Shown here piece by piece: positions 57,143 to 64,000 of a stretch of DNA of 64,000 bases. The notes under the pieces were generated by a model. It had not been told where the DNA came from, did not search any database, and saw nothing but the letters and a program-made list of their open reading frames with translations. A program made the position numbers and the translations under genes. Every line of letters begins with the position of its first letter. The first letter of the stretch is position 1. This stretch comes from an uncultured delta proteobacterium (GTDB lineage: Bacteria; Myxococcota_A; Polyangia; Fen-1088), in contig CAWCMR010000008.1 in assembly GCA_963796685.1 (NCBI GenBank), forward strand, positions 64,001-128,000, written 5' to 3'.

Positions 57143-58455
57143 TATGGTGCTGATTGTAGTAGAGACCTGGCCAGCTCGGCTTGGGTCCCGTGCGGAAAAT
57201 GTTCCAGGTAGGTTCGGGCCGCCTTCTGCGCGCGGGCTCGATCCGTACGCGCAAGCAGGGCGATTTCGCGCCCCAGCGCCTCGCCGGCATACGGGCCACG
57301 CTCGGATTCGCGAAGGTAGGTCTCGTACCAAGCCACGGCCGCGCCTGGGCCCGCGGATGGCTGCTCCGCGAGACGCCCCAGGAAGAAGGCGGCGTCGCTG
57401 GCGCGCGCGGTACCTGGGAAGCGGGCGCGCAGACCGAGAAGAGCCTGACGTGCCAGATCGTTATGCTTGGTGTAGCGAGCCGCATCGGCGAGGGAAGCCA
57501 GCTCCGCCGCCGACGCGCCAGCCAGGGTCGCATCGAGACCCCGCCGTTCGGCGTCCTTGACCACGCCAACGAAATCACCCTGGGCGATGAGGTTGGCCCA
57601 GACCAAGGGCTCGGACGCAGCCCGCTCGGGCTGCAGCGCCCGGTGCCGAGGCAAGGAGGTCGGCATGCGCGACGGGGTCGGCCCGGGCGAGAGCGGCGCA
57701 TCCTCGACCGGCCCTGTTTCGATAGGCGGTGTTTCCGCCTGCTTTTCCTGGGCGCGCGCCGTCGTCGGTGGGGCGACGGTGCCGCCGCCGGCCTGCGCGC
57801 CCGCAAAGAGCTCCAGGGACTCTCCCGCGCGCAAGATCAGGACGCGATCGTCGGAAGGGCCGCGCACCTCGACGGTGCCGGCCACCATTTGCAGCGCGAG
57901 CCTCCCGCTCTCCGCCGTGTAGCCAAGGTGAAATGCCGTGCCGCGCACCTTCACCGTAAACGGCCCGGCATCGAATCGCCAGGACGAGCCCGGCCGGTGC
58001 TGAACCCGCACATCCAGCTCCCCGTCCGCAAGCGCGATGCGCGAGCCATGGGCATCGAGCGATACCACCGACAACTTGGTCGCAGGCGCAATGCGAACCT
58101 GCGAGGCATCCGAAAAGACCAGGTTTGCGGGTCCCGAGGATCCGACCGTGATGGTTTGTTTCGGCCCCACCGCCGCACCTTCGAGCGTGTAGTGCAGCGG
58201 CGCTGCCGGACGTAATGGGAGCAGGCGATAGGTCGCGAATCCCAAGACCAGCGCGGCCGCCACCAACGAAAGTCCACGCAGCCACCAACGCGACGCGGGC
58301 ACGACGATCGGCACCGACGGGTACTTGCCGCCCGAGAGTGCCGCTTCCAGTCGTTCCCATCCCCGGTCGAGCTTCCCGGGCGCGACCGTGGCCAGCCCGT
58401 TCCGGGTCACCTCGGCGACGGCGTCGACGATCTTCTGCCTACGCTCGTCACTCAT
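57142..58455 (-). CDS. FecR-domain anti-sigma factor with C-terminal TPR-like domain
   Basis: Single TM, FSDAS, VKVRGTAF, GTVEV; C-terminal YL..FP.G motifs; coupled to ECF sigma. Confidence 0.85.
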   Translation of the reverse strand: MSDERRQKIVDAVAEVTRNGLATVAPGKLDRGWERLEAALSGGKYPSVPIVVPASRWWLRGLSLVAAALVLGFATYRLLPLRPAAPLHYTLEGAAVGPKQTITVGSSGPANLVFSDASQVRIAPATKLSVVSLDAHGSRIALADGELDVRVQHRPGSSWRFDAGPFTVKVRGTAFHLGYTAESGRLALQMVAGTVEVRGPSDDRVLILRAGESLELFAGAQAGGGTVAPPTTARAQEKQAETPPIETGPVEDAPLSPGPTPSRMPTSLPRHRALQPERAASEPLVWANLIAQGDFVGVVKDAERRGLDATLAGASAAELASLADAARYTKHNDLARQALLGLRARFPGTARASDAAFFLGRLAEQPSAGPGAAVAWYETYLRESERGPYAGEALGREIALLARTDRARAQKAARTYLEHFPHGTQAELARSLLQSAP

Positions 58456-59135
58456 GGCGTGTCTCCCGTGACCGCCTCGGGCAGCACGCCGCCGAGGCTC
58501 GCGCGCAGTCCCTCATCTTTCGAGAAGGCTTTTTCGACCGCCGCCGTGGCCTTGACCAGGTAGCGCTTGACCGTGGCCAGCGAGACCTCGAGGCCGGCTG
58601 CAATCTCGAGTAGCTCCATCCCCTCGACATGACGCAGAACGAACACCGCCCGGTGCTTGTCCTTGAGCCCTTCCAGCACGCGCTGAACGCGAAGCAACCT
58701 CTCGCGTGCCTCGAAATCGGCGCCCGCGCAGCCGGCATCGCGGGCCATGAGCTCGAGTTGATTGCGCGCGCGCTTGAGCACGTAGAAGTGCCGGATCTCC
58801 TCGCTGACCACGCGAACCGCAACCGAATAGATGAAGCTGCGCAACGCCGAGGTCTTCTCCAGCGTGTGCAGGCGGCGAAAGACACGCAGAAAGACCTCCT
58901 GGGCGAGGTCGTCGTGATCGTGCCGCGCGCTCAGGCTGCGGCGCAGGAGACCGAGAACCATGGGTGCGAAGCGATACCAGACCTCCCGCTGGGCCCAGCG
59001 CTTGCCGGCCAGGGCCTCGCGCACCAGGGTTTCGTCGTCGGTCTTCGCTCCCACGCGCTCGCTTGCACCTTCATCGTCGACGTTCGAATCGCGCCGGGAC
59101 ACGAGATACATTCTGGCATGAGCTTGGGAGGGCAT
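58452..59135 (-). CDS. ECF RNA polymerase sigma factor
   Basis: DDLAQEVFLRVF, VFVLRHVEG..EIA...SLATVKR. Confidence 0.92.
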   Translation of the reverse strand: MPSQAHARMYLVSRRDSNVDDEGASERVGAKTDDETLVREALAGKRWAQREVWYRFAPMVLGLLRRSLSARHDHDDLAQEVFLRVFRRLHTLEKTSALRSFIYSVAVRVVSEEIRHFYVLKRARNQLELMARDAGCAGADFEARERLLRVQRVLEGLKDKHRAVFVLRHVEGMELLEIAAGLEVSLATVKRYLVKATAAVEKAFSKDEGLRASLGGVLPEAVTGDTP

Positions 59136-59241
59136 GGGGATGGAAGTGCTGGCGAAAACGATCGGGTGACCTGACGTTTCCCCTCGATAGTGTAGGCTGC
59201 CGGGCGAAACAGCTCAGCCCAGGACGCCGAGACCCGCTGCG

Positions 59242-61485
59242 TTATTGGGGACGAGCAGCCGGCGGGAGCGGAAACGTTATCGAGAACTTGGTCCCCTGCC
59301 CCGGTTGGCTTTCCACATCGATGTGTCCGCCGTGGCGCTCAACGATCCCGTGCACGATGGACAGCCCAAGGCCCGAGCCCTCGCCCACGTCCTTGGTCGT
59401 GAAGAAGGGGTCGAAGATACGCGGCAGGACATCCCCCGGGATGCCAGGGCCGTCGTCGGACACGGTGACGAGCACGCAGGTGTCCTGGTTGTGGACGGTC
59501 ACGCTGATCGTCCCGCCTTGGTCTCCGATGGCTTGGGCCGCGTTGGTCAACAGGTTCATGAGGACTTGGTCGAGCTGCCCCGGAAAGCCGAGGATGCGCG
59601 CCTTGGGCTCCACGTCCTTGACCACCTTGACGTGGCGCAGACGGTGTTGGAGCAGCCCGAGGGTTTCGTCCAGGCTGCGCGCCAGATTGACTTCGCGCTG
59701 AACCGAATCATCACCCCGCGCGTAACCGTGCAGGGCCTGCACGATGGCCTTGGTACGCGTGGCTCCGCGCTGGACCACGGCCAGGATTTCCTCGGCTTCC
59801 TTGGCAATCTCGATAGGCGAGCCGCCCTCGCCCGCCGCGATCCGTTTCACGGCGTCGTCGAGGGGGCCGAGCGAATTGATGACCGCGTTGACCGGGTTGT
59901 TGATCTCGTGCGCGATGCCGGCCACCAGGCGCCCCATGGAGGCGAGCTTCTCGCTGCGCACGAGGTTGTCCTGTGCGCGCCGCAGCTTTTCCATGGCCTC
60001 GTGCAATTCGGCGTTGCGCTGTTCGAGGGCTTCCGTGCGCCGACGCACCTCGCGCTCCAAGTCCACATTGATGGATTCCGTTGAGCGCAAGCGGTCGCGC
60101 AGCGAGCGCCGCATCTCCTCGAAGATGACGGCCAGCCGGCCAATCTCGTCCGCCTCGCCCCATGGCGGCACCGGGCGAGCGAGTTGCCCGTTGGCCATCT
60201 CGCTCGAGCGCTCTTCCAGGGCACGCAGGGGCGCCACCACGTCGCGAACCAAGAACATCACGATGCCCAAAATCAAGGCCATGGCCACCGCCAGCGCGGC
60301 CGTACCCCAGGGCGCGTTCGCCCGGCCCACCAGCCAGACGAATGCACACGCGCTCACCAGCACGGCAGTCACTGTCGCACCCAGCTTGGCGTGCAGTCCG
60401 AATGGCGAACGCACCTGATCCAAGGGCAGAGCATGGCGCGAGCCAAGGTGCCTGATGAGCGGACGAAGCACGCTCTGGAGCAAGAGCGTCTGGTAGATCG
60501 TTGCCAGCAGCGAGAGCAGCGTGGCCAGCAGAAGCAAGCGGCCGGCGGTGACCAGATCCACCTCGCCGCGAGCACCCAGGTAGGCCACCGCCGAGAGCGC
60601 GGCGAAAAGAAAGACCACCGCCTGCACCATGCCGAGCGCGTACGGCGTACCCTGCGCAGCGATGAACGCGGCCACGGCCTTGGGATCCTCGCGCGCAGGC
60701 CCTTTGCCACCCTTGGTTCGCAGCGCCACTTCGAAATAGTCCTCGATCGGCCGGGTCCGCCGAAGGAGCAAGCGCCACCAAAGGTAAGCGCCCAAAATCA
60801 GCGTGGGCCACAGCGCCAACATGCCCGTGGTCAGCACCCGAGCCGAAGCCCGGGCCAAGGTCGAGGCAAAGAAGGCCAGCGCCGTCTGCCACAGACCAAG
60901 CAGCGCGATCCCCACCGCCAGCAGCGCCCCCCGGTAGCGCTCCGCGAACACCCGGATACCTTGCAAATTGGGGATCAGGATTGGCCGCGTGGGCGCCAAA
61001 ATGATCTCCAGCGCCAAGGTACGAATGGCGGCCAACCCCGTCGAGGTCAGCAACACCAATTGGGCGAGCGCAGACGCCGACGACAGCTCGCGTTCGCCGG
61101 CCAGCACGGCATGGGCGGGAAGCACTGACGCGACGAGGGCCCAGGCGAGCAAGTGCACGACCGCCACCTCGCGCGGAACCCGCGAGAGCGCGACGCGCGC
61201 GGCTTCGGTTTCGGGTAGCTTGGGCTTGCCACCCTGGCGAATGGAGTCCACGAGGTCGAGCAGCGGGCGAACCCGCGCGGCCATGCGCAGACCCGCCGCC
61301 GCCCACACGGCGAGGGTCAGCGGCAGCGCGACCTTCAACCACAGCATCTCCCACGGCAGATTCCGCATCCACAGAACCAGCGGGAGCCCACAACACACGA
61401 GCTCGGCAGCATCGAGAACGAGCCCGGCCGCTAGCAACCGACGACCGAACCTCGGCAAGCTTGCGCCTTGTCCGCCCTGTGACAT
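59242..61485 (-). CDS. polytopic membrane sensor histidine kinase with HAMP
   Basis: Many TM helices, DEIGRLA, SEKLASMGRLVAGIAHEINNP, NAAQA, FDPFFTTK, GSGLGL. Confidence 0.9.
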   Translation of the reverse strand: MSQGGQGASLPRFGRRLLAAGLVLDAAELVCCGLPLVLWMRNLPWEMLWLKVALPLTLAVWAAAGLRMAARVRPLLDLVDSIRQGGKPKLPETEAARVALSRVPREVAVVHLLAWALVASVLPAHAVLAGERELSSASALAQLVLLTSTGLAAIRTLALEIILAPTRPILIPNLQGIRVFAERYRGALLAVGIALLGLWQTALAFFASTLARASARVLTTGMLALWPTLILGAYLWWRLLLRRTRPIEDYFEVALRTKGGKGPAREDPKAVAAFIAAQGTPYALGMVQAVVFLFAALSAVAYLGARGEVDLVTAGRLLLLATLLSLLATIYQTLLLQSVLRPLIRHLGSRHALPLDQVRSPFGLHAKLGATVTAVLVSACAFVWLVGRANAPWGTAALAVAMALILGIVMFLVRDVVAPLRALEERSSEMANGQLARPVPPWGEADEIGRLAVIFEEMRRSLRDRLRSTESINVDLEREVRRRTEALEQRNAELHEAMEKLRRAQDNLVRSEKLASMGRLVAGIAHEINNPVNAVINSLGPLDDAVKRIAAGEGGSPIEIAKEAEEILAVVQRGATRTKAIVQALHGYARGDDSVQREVNLARSLDETLGLLQHRLRHVKVVKDVEPKARILGFPGQLDQVLMNLLTNAAQAIGDQGGTISVTVHNQDTCVLVTVSDDGPGIPGDVLPRIFDPFFTTKDVGEGSGLGLSIVHGIVERHGGHIDVESQPGQGTKFSITFPLPPAARPQ

Positions 61486-61547
61486 GGTTGGCATTGTAGC
61501 GGAGAAGCTGGACAAAGAGCTGTCGAGCTAGCACCCTACGGAATTCA

Positions 61548-62231
61548 ATGAGCTGGGAAACGATCCGTAATCTGGTCCACGACGAGTGGGTCATCCTCCT
61601 GCTTCTCCTCGTGTGGTCGGTGGCTGGTGTATCCGTGATCTGCGAACGCGTCTATTCCCTGTGGAGGGTCCTCGCCAAATCCGAGGTGTTCAAGAACCGC
61701 GTGATCGAAGCGGTCGAGAATGGCGACCTGGCCAAGGCCACCGCCCTGTGCGAAACCGCGACGGATCCGCTGGGTGAGGTCTTTGGCCGCGGCCTGCGCG
61801 TGTATGCCAGGACGCCTCCCAAAACCACCGAGGCGGTGAATTCCCAGCGCATCGTCGCCCTGGCCGGGTTCAGGCGCTACCTGTGGGCGCTCGGCACCGT
61901 CGGATCGTCGGCGCCTTTCGTCGGCTTGTTCGGAACGGTGGTCGGCATTTTGAAGGCGTTCCAGTCCATGTCCCAGGCGGGCACCGGCGGCTTCAAGGTG
62001 GTCTCGCAGGGTATCGCGGCCGCGCTCGTGGCCACGGCGGCCGGCCTCATGGTCGCCATCTACGCCATCATCGCCTACAACTACTTCGTCGCGAAGGTCG
62101 GCGTCATCGGGATACGGTACAAGGTCTTCTGCGAGGAATTTCTGCTCGCCCTGGGGGAATACGGAAAGTCCCAGCCCGCCCCGGTCATCGCGCCGCAAGC
62201 GCAACCGTCGGGCAAAGCCCCACCTTCCTAG
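61548..62231 (+). CDS. MotA/TolQ/ExbB family proton channel
   Basis: LGTVGSSAPFVGLFGTVVGI, GIAAALVATAAGL.VAI. Confidence 0.92.
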   Translation: MSWETIRNLVHDEWVILLLLLVWSVAGVSVICERVYSLWRVLAKSEVFKNRVIEAVENGDLAKATALCETATDPLGEVFGRGLRVYARTPPKTTEAVNSQRIVALAGFRRYLWALGTVGSSAPFVGLFGTVVGILKAFQSMSQAGTGGFKVVSQGIAAALVATAAGLMVAIYAIIAYNYFVAKVGVIGIRYKVFCEEFLLALGEYGKSQPAPVIAPQAQPSGKAPPS

Positions 62232-62241
62232 CGATCAAGCC

Positions 62242-62718
62242 ATGGCGATGAGCGTACACATCGACGATCCCGGCGCCGAGCCCGAAGCGGAGGGTGAAGG
62301 CAGCGAATCCATCGTCGCGGAAATCAACATCACGCCACTCACCGACGTGTTCCTGGTTCTGCTCATCATCTTCATGGTGACCTCTACCGCGATGGTCGAG
62401 TCCGAGGTTGCGTCGCGCACGGGGGTAAAGGTCGCCCTGCCCAAGGCCAACGCGGCGGGTGCGGTGACCAAGCGGCGCACCGATCCGGTCCTGACGGTGA
62501 CGAAGAACAACGAGCTATTTCTCTTCAACCGCAAGATCGATCCCGCCCATCTCGAGGAAGAGATCCACAAGGCCCTGACCGAGGTGGATTCGGAGACCTT
62601 GCTTTTGCGCGGCGACAAGAGCGTCTTTCTCGGCGCGGCCGTCGATCTGATGGCCATCGCCAAGAAAGCCGGGGCCAAGAACATCGCCATTCTCACCCAG
62701 ACCGAGCACAAGCCGTGA
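62242..62718 (+). CDS. ExbD/TolR family protein
   Basis: EINITPLTDVFLVLLIIFMV, LPKA, LRGD. Confidence 0.92.
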   Translation: MAMSVHIDDPGAEPEAEGEGSESIVAEINITPLTDVFLVLLIIFMVTSTAMVESEVASRTGVKVALPKANAAGAVTKRRTDPVLTVTKNNELFLFNRKIDPAHLEEEIHKALTEVDSETLLLRGDKSVFLGAAVDLMAIAKKAGAKNIAILTQTEHKP

Positions 62719-62837
62719 GGCGATTTTCACCACCGCCATCGCCGCCCGAACAAATCCGCCCCATACGGATAGCGACACCATCCGATGGAAGACTCCTAAC
62801 CAGCTAATATCATTGCACTAGAGGGTACCTATTCGGC

Positions 62838-62853
62838 TGGCACATCCAGTGCA
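62838..62853 (+). promoter_or_regulatory. sigma54 promoter for small secreted protein
   Basis: TGGCAC-ATCCA-GTGCA with GG-N10-GC spacing. Confidence 0.65.
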
Positions 62854-62910
62854 AGAGGAGGGGGGGAACTGGGCCGAACGGTCCTGCAAACCAGACAACA
62901 AGGAGACCCC

Positions 62911-63096
62911 ATGAAGCTGACTCGCGTTATCCTCCTCGCCCTTGCCTTCGCCATCCCATTCGCTACCACCACACTGGCCTCCGCCGGTGACGAGCCCGCG
63001 GCTGAGGGTGCCGAGAAGCCGGCCAAGAAGGCCAAGAAGGGCAAGAAGGCAAAGAAGGGTGAAGACAAGAAAGAGGGCGAAGAGGCCGCGAAGTAA
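62911..63096 (+). CDS. small secreted Lys/Glu-rich protein
   Basis: AGGAG RBS, Sec signal ending ASA, mature part with KKAKKG repeats. Confidence 0.8.
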   Translation: MKLTRVILLALAFAIPFATTTLASAGDEPAAEGAEKPAKKAKKGKKAKKGEDKKEGEEAAK

Positions 63097-63160
63097 TTCA
63101 TCTGACGCCTCGAAGCGCACAGGCCACAGGCATTGCCTGATGGTGCTGGCTCTTCTCTGA

Positions 63161-63195
63161 AGAGCCCCCGGGATGACCATTCCGGGGGCTTTTTT
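63161..63195 (+). terminator. rho-independent terminator
   Basis: AGCCCCCGG stem / CCGGGGGCT followed by T-tract. Confidence 0.85.
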
Positions 63196-63264
63196 GTAGC
63201 CACGGAGAACGCAGAGCTCGTCAGAGGGTACGGAGACCGCCCCCTCCTGGGTTAGGATGGCATC

Positions 63265-64000
63265 GTGACGATTCGAACCAAAGTGTGGATCCTGGTGGCC
63301 GTCAGCGCGGCGGTAACCGCTGGAGCCACGCTATGGGTGCGCATCTATGCCATGCGCAGCGAGCTGACCCGACAGGCCCAGGCCTCGGCGGATGAAACCG
63401 CCGACGATATCAAGCAAAGCCTGGAGCGCTTCGAGCCCGACGCTGAAGAGCGCGACTACGCCATCGCGCTGTCGAACTACATCAACCGCCACCCGCGTAT
63501 CCAACGTCTTCAGCTGGTCGTCGAGCACGACACGCCGAGCTCGTTGCCCAGCTCTCCGTCGGTGCGCATCGTGGCCCCGCGCGGCGAGGCCACCGAGATC
63601 ACCCGCCTGCCCTACCTGCCCCGCGAGCCCATCGTGTACACGCGCAAGGCCGCCGAGGGCGATGTCTACATCCTTCAGCGCTTCGTCGATCTCAAGGGAC
63701 CGTGGCAGGGCAATCTGCTCATGCACTGGAGCCTGAACCCGGTCATCGCGATCATCCGGGTGACCGAGCGCTGGTCGCTCATTCTCGGCGCCGCGAACTT
63801 GGTGGTCCTGGTCCTCCTGATGGGCTTTCTCATCAACCGCATCGTGCTGCGCCGCCTCGAGAGCCTGGCAACGGCCATGCGCGATGTCGAGGGCGGCAAC
63901 CTCGACCGCCGGGTCGCCGTCGGAACGCCGGACGAGGTGGGGCGGCTGTCGCAAGGCTTCAACCAGATGCTCGACCAGCTTTCGAGCGCCAATCGCGAAA
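63265..64000 (+). CDS. membrane sensor with HAMP domain (partial, runs off window)
   Basis: Read manually: MTIRTKVWIL.. two TMs, then LRRLESLATAMRDV..DEVGRLSQGFNQM; no stop before window end. Confidence 0.85.
   Translation, partial: MTIRTKVWILVAVSAAVTAGATLWVRIYAMRSELTRQAQASADETADDIKQSLERFEPDAEERDYAIALSNYINRHPRIQRLQLVVEHDTPSSLPSSPSVRIVAPRGEATEITRLPYLPREPIVYTRKAAEGDVYILQRFVDLKGPWQGNLLMHWSLNPVIAIIRVTERWSLILGAANLVVLVLLMGFLINRIVLRRLESLATAMRDVEGGNLDRRVAVGTPDEVGRLSQGFNQMLDQLSSANRE

Noticed and set aside
59711-61594. 627-aa alternate-frame ORF over the membrane kinase
   Set aside because: Frame shadow; kinase frame carries all motifs

Overview
High-GC bacterial DNA. The flanking genes (FecR-TPR anti-sigma with an ECF sigma factor, a GYNHNV-motif protein, a Cys-rich DUF2341/LamG lipoprotein, ftsK-lolA) suggest a Myxococcota/deltaproteobacterial host; this is inference. 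Positions ~139-43600 form an essentially complete flagellar gene cluster: a sigma54 activator, flgBC-fliEFGHI, a MotE-like gene, a very long fliK, flgDE, flbD-motAB, fliD/fliT-like/fliS/fliC, flgLKNMJIHAGF, a displaced fliJ, and fliA-flhG-flhF-flhAB-fliRQPONML. A sigma54/sigma28 promoter hierarchy can be read from the sequence. No chemotaxis genes are present. Embedded in the cluster are two accessory modules with sigma28-like promoters: a divergent SPINDLY-like GT41 glycosyltransferase + SAM methyltransferase pair next to flagellin (best candidate for an undescribed flagellar modification system), and two HDOD genes with a 71-aa mini axial-like protein. The remainder holds two hybrid kinases, a nucleotidyltransferase-AEP-transaminase fusion, lolA, ftsK, an ECF/FecR module, a membrane kinase, exbBD-like genes, a small Lys-rich secreted protein and a partial HAMP sensor. 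Seven clear frameshifts are all single-base insertions, including one in ftsK, so they are probably sequencing errors. No tRNA, rRNA, CRISPR array or IS element was recognised.
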